Shown here: one piece after another, positions 50,101 through 63,308 of the stretch
Layout: every line of letters starts with the position of its first letter
Numbering within the stretch: position 1 is the stretch's first letter
From: Lingula anatina
Taxonomy: Eukaryota; Animalia; Brachiopoda
Assembly (NCBI GenBank): GCA_051362555.1
Contig: CM120646.1
Location: forward strand, 8,680,001-8,744,000
DNA: 64,000 nucleotides
Direction of reading: 5' to 3'
Position numbers and translations under genes: made by a program
Notes under the pieces: model-generated
Seen by the model: the letters and a program-made list of their open reading frames with translations, nothing else
Told to the model about the DNA's origin: nothing
The model's database searches: none

Positions 50101-51522
50101 CGAGCAGACGTCAGAAAGAACCACCTGACATCACAAACAGAAGCTAATTTTTCTTTCGGAGCCAGTTTCGGGCACAAGTAGATTTTCACTGGTAACGTAT
50201 AGTATGTTCCGGTAACGTATGTTCCAGACCACCTAATTTTTTATTTTCATAACGTGTTCTTATACATTTTAAAGTGATTCGATCATGTTAAATTAAATAT
50301 GACGTAAGGACGTTTTTTATAAACATTTAAACCGTAACTAATGGGGCCTACGTCATAGCTAATACTAGGTAACGTATGTTCCCTAGGAAAATTGACAAAA
50401 TGTTTCATTTTCTACAAGTACTTGGTGCAAGAGAAAACAATGTTTTCTTTTGTTGCCAGAAAAATATATAGTGATTCCATGATAGTTTGACATTTCAGAT
50501 ATAATGTTTGGAGCACGAGGGGAAAAATAATTTATTAAATGCTTATTTTACTGTCGGTAGGGTGTATTTTCCCAGTTTTTTTAATATTCAGTGACAGGCA
50601 AACTTAAGTCGCTAAAAAACAATTAACTGCTCTATACAAAAGCTTTTCGTAATTTTTTACAACGTTAATACTTGTAGGAGATAAATTAAAGAACAAAACC
50701 CGTGATGATTGAATTTTCAAAGTGATTAAAACGTTTCCACAGCTAGACGTTATGCATTTGTGACAGTAACGTATGTTCCTTTTTGGGGTTAGATGATGAA
50801 TTATTTTTTATTATTCGTGGTTCCAGGTAAGTGAAACTTTAATTTCAAACTTCTTTATGTTGGACCCTAAAATAATCAAACATAGTTTGAAATCTGTGCA
50901 CTACATATTTTTAGGAACATGTCTGTGACATCGTTTGCACCTCTATGTTGGGTTTGGGTGTATAACGTGTCTTTTTCAACTGTACACACAAAGTGGTGGG
51001 GCACTCATTCAGCCATGTATGTCATGTATCTATGCATCGGAAACAACTGGGCATTAATTATACTCCGAATTCTGTGTCATATTACACAAATACCAAAAAT
51101 ATAATTCGAAGAGATAAAGCAATTATCATTTCTGCGCCTACATTCAAAGTGCTCCTGTTATTATGTCATACAAATAACAACAGTAGAAATAGGGGAAGAT
51201 GAAAAAACACTTCCGTATTCTTTTATTTTCACAATTTCTCTTTATATAACAATACTTCACTTTTGTCCAGTCATAATTCCTTTTTCTTTATTTCATCTGA
51301 ATACCTTACTTTCCGCCATAACCCTGTGACAATACTGGAAAAACCCAAAGATTTTAAAGACTTACTGCTTTCTTAAAACACAAAATGTTAACTGGTTTAT
51401 TAACAATATATACATACTACACGAAAAAAATAGTTTACAGTGAGAGTAGTGGGAGCTTAAATGAAAAAAAATTCTGTTTGGTCAGTTGCTAATGACGTCA
51501 TGTGCGTTAGATCTACGGACTG

Positions 51523-51523
<1 letters not shown>

Positions 51524-51559
<36 letters not shown>
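51524..51559. repeat. (TG)n microsatellite; another at about 56150-56211
   Basis: Read directly from the sequence. Confidence 0.95.
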
Positions 51560-51561
<2 letters not shown>

Positions 51562-51852
51562 TTGTAATGATGACACATGGACAGTTGACCAAAATCGAGG
51601 TGTCATAAAAACAACATGCCGCAAACTTGTGTTGCAACCGGGTGCCATAATCAAGGATACAAAGACGTCAGCTATTTTGCCCTACATTCGGAGATAGCAA
51701 CATGTCAATTTTGGATCAATGCATTTAATTAAAAAAAAAAACAAGCGAAATGTCGAAATATATTTTAACTCTTTATCTTCGTGCACAGTGAAAATTTTAA
51801 TGTTATTAAACGATAATTGACCCCAGCTTTCAGCCTATTAGTATTTCTTTAA

Positions 51853-52139
51853 CAGTGGCGGATTTAGAGGGGGGGGGGGCAGGGGGGAAAGGGGTCCTGA
51901 TTTCTGAAAAATATATCACACCAATATTCCCCTCTTGGCATTAGAATTTTGACTAGCTAAATCATACATGTAGTTCTAAACCGTACCAAAGGGCACTGTT
52001 TTCTCTTCAAAACACCATTTTTTGTCGGGGCCGTTGAGCAGGCCCCAAACCCCACACCAAGGGGGCGATGGTCGGCTTCACATTCGAGGCCTGTCGTTTC
52101 GGACCCCCCCCCCTTTAAATAATCCAGGATCCGCCCCTG
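51853..52139. mobile_element. hAT-like MITE; a related left end lies at about 56337
   Basis: TIRs CAGTGGCGGAT / ATCCGCCCCTG with G-run and C-run subtermini. No clear TSD. Confidence 0.6.
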
Positions 52140-53018
52140 TCCTCGCCCCCTTCACCTAACCTCAGCAGCTGAAGTTGCAAAAACAACGGCACTATGAGGG
52201 TGTTTGAACTTTTTTATCCACGCTTTACTGCAGTAAAATAAACTAAAAAATAGTTACGAGAGCGAAGTAGCGGTTTGTTTGTTAAAAAGGAATGGGCGAC
52301 GCACATGAAAATGTCTAGAGAGTTGTTCACAGTAATATTTTTGTTTACAGTAATATTTTTGTTTCTCATCCACTTATTATCACAGGTCCTTGCTAACATT
52401 TAGCCCCGAAAAATTAAACCACTTACCTCAACCACAACACAAATGTCACCTTTAATGAAGATGAATTAGTATAATTGTATTTATTTATTTATTTATTTAT
52501 TTATTTATTTTGCAGAAAGTAGACTTTGACAGTAAAAGAATTTGACAATATTCCACACATAATGCAAAAATATTTATTCTGCCTTCTTCCACGCACATAC
52601 TGGGGTACAAAGTTGTACTAATTTTGAAATGACCCATGCGCTACATATTTCTTTACTTGGATCTGTTTTGAAATTGGTTTCTTTCCCTAAATTCTTCTTT
52701 TAACGAAATAGTTTGTAATCTAGAGTGTCGTATTAGACATGCTGAAGGGTTCAGGAAGAGAACTAGGTTTGGAAACTGGCTGTACATATTGTCTTGAAAT
52801 ATTTTGTAAGTTAATTATTATCCTAACAAGTTAATTGTCATTTAATTTTCCCTTGGTTCACTGTCAATCACCTTGATTTTTTATCGATTATAGAACCACA
52901 TGATACTTTATGTCCGGATTGTTCCTCATGGTGACTTGCTGTCTCTATTGTGAATAGGTAGGGGGGGGGGGGGCAAGTATATCTCCTGAGTAGAGGCTAT
53001 TCGCCTGGATAGCATCGT

Positions 53019-53058
53019 TCCCTGAAGAAGATGTCCTGATAGACATCGAAATATTGGA
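53019..53058 (+). ncRNA. Penelope-type minimal hammerhead ribozyme
   Basis: UCC-CUGAAGA-a-GAUGUC(cugaua)GACAUC-GAAA-UA-UU-GGA. Confidence 0.6.
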
Positions 53059-53220
53059 GGTTAAAACTATCTCAATATTAGCTGTTGACTGTAGAAAAAA
53101 ACCACATCATTATTATAACTTGACACAGCTGAGGAAATTCTTCTCTATCCTAACTTCAGATTTTAGCACTCTCTTTCGGCGTACTCACTGTTTCACAGCG
53201 AGAGAAATCACAGTGCGCGA

Positions 53221-53480
53221 TGATTGACGTTTGTTTATATAACCTGCCAATCAAGCTGTTATTACTTGACAGCAACTATCAAAATTAATTAAATTTGATT
53301 GGCACCTTGTCAATCAAAGGGTGTAGGAAGCTTGAACTAAACGTGTTCGACGACTAAAGTTATCCATTGTGTAATGATTGTGATTGACGTTTGTTTATGT
53401 AACCGGCCAATCAAGCTGTTATTACTTGACATCGACTATCAAAACTAATGAATTTGATTGGCATCTTATCAATCAAAGGA
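53221..53480. repeat. About 100-bp direct duplication (53221-53320 and 53382-53480), each copy internally inverted
   Basis: The pattern tgattga...gccaatcaa...ttgattggc...tcaatca is present twice. Confidence 0.8.
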
Positions 53481-54036
53481 TATTGGAGTTTCACTTGACA
53501 GCTTCCATCAAAGTTGAATTAGCCTGTTTGAATTTGATTCATGCCCGTCGTAACATTCTGGAGGTAGGGGACATTTTATTTTCTCTTTTGCAGCACGTTA
53601 AAAACGTCAGGTTCTTTATTTTAACCGAGAGACTACATGGAATTTAACAACGTGAAGGAGTCCTGGGTTCGTTCACAGCCGTTTTAATTGTAATAAAAAT
53701 CACCCGTCAAATTTTTTTTATTTCTTTGGATGTGATGTAAAATGACCATACATGAAGTAGCGTTGTTGTAGATGTACGTATGTTGCTCCATAATCCTTTC
53801 TTTGGTGCTCGTACGAAATCGGAACTTCGTCTACGAACTGTACATATTACTTTAATCATGTATTCATGTTCTTCTAGTCCAAATGGATTTTTTGAATCAT
53901 TAAAAATACGAATGTTATAAAAAGTAAAACCATGTCATTTTTTTCATAAGCTGCGGAGAGAAAAAATGCCGAGATAATGATGTTAGTGGCCATGTAAAAT
54001 TAAAAAGTGCTGCTTTTATCCGTTCCCTATAAAGGG

Positions 54037-55672
54037 CCGGTGTACCATGAAAATCTGACTCCCCTAAAATGTGACTCCCCAGTCAGATTTTCATTATGAA
54101 AATGTGACTCCCCAGTCAGATTTTCATAATGGAAATCTGACTCCCCCTATGAAATTTTGACTCCCCCCCCCCAAAAAAAAAAAAAAAAACAAAACAAAAA
54201 AAAAAAAAAAAAAACATTGATAAACCTCATTTAATTTGAGTAAAGACTATGATCTTGTAGTATGCATAATGGAGGACACATTGGCACTTTTTGTAAGTTT
54301 GCAGGTGAAAAAAAAAATTAAAGATTTGTATTTCACCACCCAAGGACTCTCCTATGAAAAAGCTATTTATTTGACATTTGATGACCATTTCAACATCTTT
54401 CCTTTTAGGATACTTTATGAAATTTATATTAGAAGTACTTGAAAGTTTGATGGTAAAAATTGGGTGAAAAAAAAAACACATGAAAAATGAGAAAAATTAA
54501 AGATTTATATTCTAACACCCAATGAATCCCCTATATAGAAAAAGCTATTTATTTGAAATTTGATTATTATTCTGACATCTTTTCTTTGATGATACTTTAT
54601 AAAGAATATATTGAAAGTACTTGAAAGTTTGATGGTAAAAAATTGGGTGAAAAAAAAACACTTGAAAAATAAGAAAAACTAAGGATTTGTATTCTAACAC
54701 CCAATGACTCCCCTATGAAAAAGCTATTTATTTGATATGTGATGATCATTCTGACATCTTTTCTTTTATAATACTTTATGAAGAATATATTGGAAATATT
54801 TGAAAGTTTGAATGGTAAAATGCTGGGTAAAAATAAATGAAACAAATTTATGGAAATCTTCATTTTAATATGTATGGGATTTGGACTCCTATGGACTCCC
54901 ATTAGGGAAAGGTCCCATTTTATATTTGCTGTTGTTTTTCCCAAAGCTGAATGAAAAATGGGGACTGAAGATTTTAAATGGATAATAAATTTGCATTCTT
55001 TTACCCGTAGGATTTTGACTCCCCTAGTCTTTCAGATATTTCCAATGTAATCTTCATAATGTAAAAGTAAAGGAAAGGTGTTGAAATGATCATTAAATAG
55101 ATAGCTTTTTCACAGGGGAGTCACTGGGTGATAAAATGCACATTTTTAATTTTCTTATTTTTCATGTTTTTTTTTTAGTTTTTTCACCCAATAGTTTACC
55201 ATCAAACTTTCAAATATTTCCCATATAATATTCATAAAGTAAATTTAAAGGAAAGATGTTGAAATGATCATTAAATATTAAATAGATAGCTTTTTTACAG
55301 GAGATCACTGTGTGATAAAATGCACGTTTAATTTTCTTATTTTTCATGATTTTTTTTAGTTTTTTTCACCCAATAGTTTAACATCAAACTTTCAAATATT
55401 TCCAAAATAATCTTCATAAATTAAATATAGGAAAGATGTAGAAATGATCATCCAGTATCAAATAGATAGCTTTTTCATAAGAGAGACAATGGGCGGTTAA
55501 ATGCACATTTTTAATTTTCTTATTTTTTCATGAAAATTTTCACCTGCAAACTAAAAAAAAAGTGCCAATGTATCCTCCATTTTACATACTACAAGATCAC
55601 AGTCATATACTCAAATAAAATAAGATTTATGAGGTTTTGTGGAGGGGGAGTCAGATTTTCATGTTACACCGG
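54037..55672. mobile_element. 1.6-kb foldback-type non-autonomous DNA transposon
   Basis: TIRs CCGGTGTAcCATGAAAATCTGACTCCCC / GGGGAGTCAGATTTTCATGTTACACCGG. The arms carry mirrored tandem arrays of about 120 bp. TSD ambiguous. Confidence 0.85.
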
Positions 55673-56172
55673 GCCAATAAGTAGCCCGTCGCTGTATATT
55701 GACATGAGCGTGCGTGAAAACTTGTTTTTAGATAAACTACACAATTAAAACTGCCAAATTAAAATAGAAAACAATTTTATGCAATGCGTTAACAATCTTC
55801 TGAGCTCTATATTTCTATTGAACTGGTCTTTTAATGGTAGACGGTCACGCGTCTTCTCATAAATGGGGCAAATTTTTGTAGACAGCAATATTTCATACGC
55901 TGTCTACTACAGAGACTAGTCCCGCCTAGGTTTGTTAATTTTATTCATACAAGGCAGTCTATCGTCCATTTTGAAGACCAATATTTGGTTTACATGACAA
56001 AAACACAACATTAATGGCTTAATTCAAAATATATTGGGTGGAGGCCCCCTCCTCACACACCTACGGCTTCCAAAGGAAAATTTTAAAAGCCCCCTGCCCA
56101 CTTATTTTCACGTCAACACAGGAAGAGACGGGCTGTTTATTTTTATTTTATTTGTGTGTGTATGTGTGTGTC

Positions 56173-56213
<41 letters not shown>

Positions 56214-56762
56214 AAGCGCAAACTGGTCGAAAGTTAACACTCTTTGAGACCTTTCCTGCTGTGCGTAAGCACAACCAGTACAACGCATGAATTTTGAGGC
56301 CGAGACCGCAGCACAGGCAAAACACTGCAGCCTAAGCAGTGGCGGGTTTAGGGGGATGTCAGGGGGGTCCTTCTCCCTCTTCGGTTTCTGAAAAAAAAAT
56401 CACACCAATACTCCCCGGGTACACCGTGTCCAACTTTAAGCAAAGCAAAGGGTTATCAAAAACTTAAATAATATCTAGGAATGCCATTTTTGATGACCAT
56501 GAATAAGTGACTTATATTACAGACCCTTGAAAATTGTTAGATTTTGACAATACCCTAAAATTGCCCAAATTCCACAAATAACGCAAAAAAATACCTTTCT
56601 TCTTCCACTCAAAACCATATATTTTCTCTCTGTTTGAGAGCTACAGAGATCTAATGCTTGATGATTGAAATGTGCTTATATAAGCCTTCAATCAATCCGG
56701 GATTTGAAAAAATGGTAAACAAACAAGCTTCTAGGATTTGTGAAGTTGGTTATGTGTTAAAG

Positions 56763-56787
56763 CAAGGACCGGAGTTACAACTCCTTG
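56763..56787. mobile_element. 25-bp TIR-only relic with 7-bp TSD (P-like footprint)
   Basis: GTTAAAG-caaggaccggagttacaactccttg-GTTAAAG. Confidence 0.7.
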
Positions 56788-57534
56788 GTTAAAGACACGC
56801 GATCTAACAAAAGCGTGCTTAAAGTAAACCTCGGCAAGATTAGTCTAGATCTACGTAACAAAGAAAAAATAATGTAAAAAAATTAATACTTATTTAGGAA
56901 ACTGTTGTCTCTATTCAGTCCGTTTTTAAGGTGTCTCATGTTCTTATAATTTCTGTTCGGTGCTCCGTCTTCGTCTTGTTTCGTTTGATATTCATTTTAA
57001 GACAGTAATGTCATTAGTAGAGTTATTCAGTGTGTTGAAGTGTTGTCCCACTGGCACGAAGAAGTTTTGTTATTTTATAGTGCAGCGGTGGTGCCTGATT
57101 CGATCTTTTAATTTCTGGCCCGTTTCTCCGACATACATCTGATGGCATTGTTTACATCTGATCAGTTAGATGACGTTCCAAAAATCGATTGATATCCCAG
57201 ATTACAAGAGTTTAAAATTCATACTTCTCCGCAATTTGTCGCGTAACCAGGCCATAGAGACTGGACGGTGGGCCGGTGTAACGAAATTGAGGGTCCGTGA
57301 AACATTACGTCCGCCCTCCACTGAGTTAATAATGGTTAGGGTTAGCCTGACCAAAGTGGGTCAACATTAAGGGCGAGGCTCACCTTGTCAGGAACCACAG
57401 TATTGACCCATTAGAGCCTGCGTCATCAAAACAAACGGCAGCCATACTGGAGGGAGACCGGAATCGTCTGCTGCGCATGAACAAGCCATGTCTGTAGTTC
57501 AGTTTTCGTTTTCTGTATTTTCTTTCATATTTAA

Positions 57535-59664
57535 GGCCGGTGATAGGGTTAAATACGCTTAAAATCATGTTTTTGAGTTTTTTGTGTGTTTATATTAATC
57601 AAAAAAGTATCTAACGTTGGATGTAATAATTTTTATGAATTTGCATCGCAAAATGCGTCTTTTGATGAGTTTTTCAACCGGCACGCGCCCCAGTCAAGCT
57701 GACAACTAAGCCACGCCTCTGTTACTAAGGGCCGTTGCCATGAGGGGGTCGGAGCACAGTTAATGAGTTATAAGCCGATTACGTGTGCGGTAATAGGTCA
57801 TAAGTCTTATATCAGCTTAGCAGCGAAGAAGTCTAGCTAGTACACTATGGGGAAGAGAAAAGTTCGTGTTAAAAGTCCCTTTCCAGAGGAAAGAAGGAAA
57901 ATTTTGAGAGTAAGGCCTATGCGTGGCGGTTGGGGAAAACCGGCCCTATTTGTTCAGTCGGATGACTGATTTCTGTATACCTAATAAATGGGTGAAAGAG
58001 TTAATCGAAACGTCTAAATTAATTGACAAATGAAAGAAAAATCGATAAATACATAAATAAAAAAAGCTAAAAAAGGATACTTTTAGCCTAGCCTTTAATT
58101 TTTGCGATATATATCGTCGAGCGTATCTGCGACACGTTACGAAACCGGAAATGATTGTTGGTCGCCGTTTGCAAAAGGTAAATCTAATGTTGACAAAATA
58201 AAATTTTATTCTCCAAGATATGATATCATGGAGCTTGAGAGACACGCGAAAAATTGTGATTTGAATGGCCGAACAAGAGAAATCCAAGCAAAGGTTGACA
58301 GCATGATTAAAACAATAAAAATAAAAACGCATGTTAGCGGCTTTGCATTTTGCGATATTTGGAGAAAAACCATTTCAAAATCACTGATCAAGCGGGAAGA
58401 AAGAGTTCAAGTGTCCAAAAATGAAAATCACAAAAAGACCCCGAGAATAGTCAAGGCTAGCAGGTAAAAAGCAAATAGGGTCTAAGTGTCATGTGTGTAA
58501 AAATAAAATATTTATTCAAAAGCCTTCTCTCAGCCACTTTTACCGCTGAATCTTGTGCAGCTGAGCGTCTCCCCTTTATCTTAGCTGGCATTTTGAGCAA
58601 GACCGCTCTGAAGTAATCACTGGATTTTTCCGTTGATCTGACGACTACCAAGTGCCGTGCAAAATAATCCTGCAGCGTTACCCGTCAAAAAACTCGTATC
58701 AACACAAGTGACGGACACTTGCTCTCGACACAGTTTTATCTGATCACTTTGCCGATAACAAAGAAGGAATCTCTCAGGTAAAATTACTCGATTGCCGAGG
58801 AAGAGCCATTGAAACGTTCAAATGCAACTTCACACCTCTTAATTGCGGCTAAACGTAATCGCCTTTGTTAGCGCTTCCTTCTACATATCCTTGACACCCT
58901 ACGGGGCATCACTAGGCTAGGGCCCTCTCCAGAGCTGTCAATCAAAATGGCGGCACGCTTACATGCCTAACGAGTGGTCGGAAAATGTAACAAAAGCACG
59001 ATTTTCTGCCCCTTCAAAGCACCCAAACAAAATATTTTTAGATGACAATAAGCAATGGTTCCATCTGATCGTATAACCGATAACAGGTAAATTTGCCAGC
59101 TAAGCATTTGACTAATAAGCCCTGTTAACCAACCTGTGAACGTTTTTGGCTGTTTTAACAGCTTTCTATATTGACGAGATAAGTGAATCGCTGCCAAGTA
59201 TATCTCACTATCTGAGCAACCTATCGTTACAAAAGTTGCACCTATTGTTGTTAGGAATGTGGACTACAGCATGATATCAGGGGTTTCAAAGGAAATTGTT
59301 TGTTTGAAAGTTATTGCCTTTTGAAGTGAATAACCCATTGAAATATGGGCTGATTTAACGTAAAAGATGATAAAATCAGAAGTAAATAGTTTAAGACAAT
59401 TCCCTGGTACCACGCTGTAGTGCTTTCACCCAGCTTTATGAGGCCTTTTGAATCACTTGAATAGCTGTCTTGGTTATAGAGAAAATCCCAATACCGAAAA
59501 CGGCATTTTTCCCCTCAAATTGGCGCCAGAGCGTCATCCGTTGGACACTGTACGTAATCCCCGTCTTTAATTGGCCTTTTGGGAAGTATGTTTTAATTTT
59601 TTATAAAAACTTATAAGCCCAGGGCTTTGTTTCTATGACTTTGGTCCTTTTACTATCACCGGCC
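57535..59664. mobile_element. Kolobok-like DNA transposon, degenerate
   Basis: TIRs GGCCGGTGATAG / CTATCACCGGCC with TTAA on both sides and purine-purine termini. The interior has no intact ORF. Confidence 0.75.
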
Positions 59665-61717
59665 TTAACCGAGCAAAATGATGAATTACTGCAGGGTATT
59701 TGATCGAGAGAAGGTAACTAACTTTAAAAGCGTTCACAGACTGCCTGCAGTGGTAGCAATCCATGGTGAAGGAACTAAAACCATAAACGGAGGAGAGACG
59801 GCTAGGTGGCATTGAATCAAGACTCTTGGGAAAAGTAAAGGATAAAACTAATTTATTTTATAGCAAAGAATGAAGAGCCAACTGTGCAGATTTTACCATA
59901 AAAGAAAAAACAGTAGAACACCAAAGACCTAGGTGTGTACGTTTGGGGCGCACGTATATATTTAAATTAGTGCCCAAAAAGTGTGAGTGGAGAGTGTGTT
60001 AATTTGTTAAGACGTGTGGAAATACCCAGGCAGGGTTTCGACTTTTATAATGAAGACTCACCTATTGCCTTGGGTGTAATTTGTTATCAGTTACGGTGCT
60101 CTCTAGATTTTATCGGCTGTCACCTACCTCTTTTCTACCTGGTTAGCATTATTCCCAATTAGTGTCAAGGCTATATTTGTACTGTACACAGCTGAGCTGG
60201 GCCAATTAAATCAATTACCTGTATGAAGTGTATTTGGAAGTTAGTGGCTTAATTTTCGATTTGGTGTAGTGATAAGAGTAATTTTATTTTGCAAGTTAAT
60301 TCTACCTCAGGTGTTATTGACGTATAACTTTAATAACCTCATGAAATAATTTTGCACTTTCCTCTGTAAAAATGTTAAATTCTGCTCCTTTCAACTGTTA
60401 TGTTGTAAGTTATAATATGAATAAAAATCACTATTGTTATCTTTCTATTAATTTACATTTAGGAAATTGATCAGGCATTTCCCACCAAGCCACACTGATT
60501 GGGTGCAAGTAAATTATATTAAAAAAAAAAAACGGAAGCTTTTGATGACAGGTACAAAAGGCAGCTAGATGACACACAAGGTAGAAGCAGCAAAAAATAT
60601 TCATAGATCTCTGTGACCAGCTGAAGAGACAGGATCTGAACATCAGGAGAGTGAAATCCAGTGCATGACAGGAGTTATTTAATTTAAGCGACACTCAGAA
60701 CTGAGCATTTCATGTTCACTTTTATTCATACAAAATGTGCACTTTTCCTATATGTTTAAGCAAATGGTTGCAGAAATCAGTTCATGAACTGAATTATTGT
60801 TATTTTACATTGGACATCATAAATACATAAGTGTGAAAAATGCCTTGCTTCTGTGAATGACTGAATAATAATAAAATCCTAACAATGTTGCTTATATGAA
60901 TGGTTGCATTCATGGTGAATATTAAACTCTCTCAAACAACAGTCTCGTTACATGTACTTTCTAATGAAACAAAATGAATGCTGAAATAATTTAAAAAGTT
61001 GATGATGGTATAGAGCAAATGTTCTGCATACTTTACTTCTGTATAAACAATAGCATCTGAAAATCCCCAAAGACATAAGACAATCATACATTCTTCCTTG
61101 AGTCCACAAGGGTTTATTCTGATGATCAGCTCAAATTTCTTATATCTATCCTTTATGAAAAAAGTTGCTTCTATTTAAGGTTAAACTTATGATTACACAT
61201 TAAACTCTCTCAAACTATAACTGTTATTACCCAATGAACAAGAAAAATGAAGTACAAGATAACTGAACTATCTTCTGACAACACGATGTTGGGTAAGTAG
61301 CATTTAGTAGGATTTCACGTTTTTAGACTGTCTTGAGTTCATAACGGTCGATCCCGCTGATCAGCTGAAGCCTCAGCTTGTATATATCCTTTTCCCTTTG
61401 GTGTCCTTGATCGTGATATGAAGTTTACTTTATTTTATTTGGTTTACCTATATTTACGCTACTATTCCCAGCCCTTCATTCCCTCCAGCATGGCCGCGGG
61501 ACTAGTGTTACGGAGCAAATATGACGTCACTGTAACGGGTTAATAGAAAAAAGTGTAATACAGTGTTTTCCACGGTCACGTGACTTCCGCTAAATATTCC
61601 GTGAGAACACGAGATTTTGCGGGATTTGAAGTTTCAAGGGGCAAGTGCGGAGTGTACACGACGGACGCCATATCGACGATAACATGATAACACCTGATTT
61701 TTTTCGAAAACATTCAT

Positions 61718-61942
61718 GCGAGTGCTTGGAATAGAAATTTAACAGACGTACCTGATGACTTTTCCAAGAAAGAACTGAAAACGTATCTCATAGACAGCAA
61801 GGATAGGACATACGATAAGAAATTTGTGCGGGTATTCAAAAGTCTGAAAGCTTATCGGTATTTTCAAGATGGATATGTGCAGAAAATCTACACAACAGCT
61901 TTAGTGGACCACTCTGTGTCAACAGAAAACTGTCATGTTTAA
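61718..61942 (+). pseudogene. N-terminal remnant of the ISL2EU accessory (SWIM/YqaJ-exonuclease) gene
   Basis: Translates as WNRNLTDVPDDFSKKELKTYLIDSKDRTYDKKFVRVFKSLKAYRYFQDGYVQKI, carrying the KSLxAYxYFxxGxV motif. Absent from the ORF track. Confidence 0.65.
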
Positions 61943-62996
61943 AGCTAGACGAAAACAACAGGCCATATTTGAATCAGAAACATAGCTAGGCCTACTTCAC
62001 TCAAGTCCAGGGTCAAATGGCTGTGTACAACATTCATAAGTAAGATTTTGTTTTGTGCACAGAAAAGGATCTCTTCATTGAATCTGTTCTGTTTGATGCT
62101 GTTCATTGGGCATCTGTGGTTCCTAAACTGACCAGTTTTTACAAGACATTCATTTTGACAGAGTTGGTGGACGCTACTATTAAACATTTTTCTTTTTCAT
62201 TCAAAAATTCAAGCTTTATTCTATACATGCATTTAATACCAAACTGAGAATATGTGCAATATTATTCTGCATTGTGATCTTGGGTTGTGAAAATCGTTAG
62301 TGTTTTATTTTCATGCTGTTATAATAATCCCTGCATGATAATAGTCCTTTTTTTTTGAAAATATTTTTTCTTTTGTGTATTTAACATGGATATAAATATT
62401 AAATAACGCTGTGATAAAGTAAAGGTTTTAAAATATGGTTGTATTAGATGGTGCTATTATATAGGTTTTACCGGAATACAGTAGAATGGAAATGCTTCTC
62501 AGGAGTGAACTTTCATTTTCTTAGACTAAATTTTTATTTTATTTATCAGTTGATGCAGGATTCAAGTGCAATTTGTATATATTTTATGTATTTAGCAGTG
62601 CAATGGATATTTAATTACTTTGTGATATAGAAATGTTTTTAATTAACTTGGTCTCAGATGATGGTGCTTTAAATTAACATTTCCCATGTAGGTTGGTTTT
62701 ATTTTACTCAGGTCTAAGATCTTATATACCGTTTATTAGATTTAGCTCAGGTGTTAATGTGCAGCTTTTTTAGATTAATTTTAATTGGAAGATGGCACGA
62801 TGCTAGTGCATTTACAGGTACTAGTACAGTAATTTATTTGCAAACTTGGACATGCAACAGCTCAGCAGTGAACAAATCAAATATGTCTTTGTGATTTTTG
62901 TTTTACTTTTCTAAATAAAGCGATGAAAGAAAGTAAATTTGCTGTGATTAGCTTCTTCAATATAATTTTTCTAGCCCTACTCTCCGCCGTTTCGAC

Positions 62997-63308
62997 CTAT
63001 GTCGCACTTGAAATACTGTTTAGCCGTTTGCGTGACTTTGGTAAATCAGCTGATGGTACTGCATCAATAGACATACATGTACTATCTTTCCTGTTTGGCT
63101 TCCCGGATTGGAAGTGACAGCCACAGACTTTGAAGTTGTCAGTTATATCTTTTGATGAAATGTTCGCACGACCAGCGGCACTAATCCATAGCAATGTCGA
63201 ACGTCTGTCCTTTGGAAATACAAAAAAAAAACAAAACCTACAAACATTTTCTTTTCTACCTCTCCGGTGGCTGCAGTTATACACACAGCAGTTGTCTTGA
63301 CCACCCAT
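62997..63308 (-). pseudogene. THAP zinc-finger domain, N-terminus of a truncated ISL2EU transposase
   Basis: CCVYNC...FFVFPKD...W...VCGCHF...DAVPS: the C2CH signature plus AVP box. Confidence 0.85.

Noticed and set aside
58102-58467. 121-aa ORF as a host gene
   Set aside because: It starts with TTG, lies inside the Kolobok-like element and has no recognisable domain.
56819-58800. CCTCGGCAA / TTGCCGAGG as the TIRs of another element
   Set aside because: The match is only 9 bp, there is no TSD, and it would cross the boundary of the better-supported Kolobok-like element.
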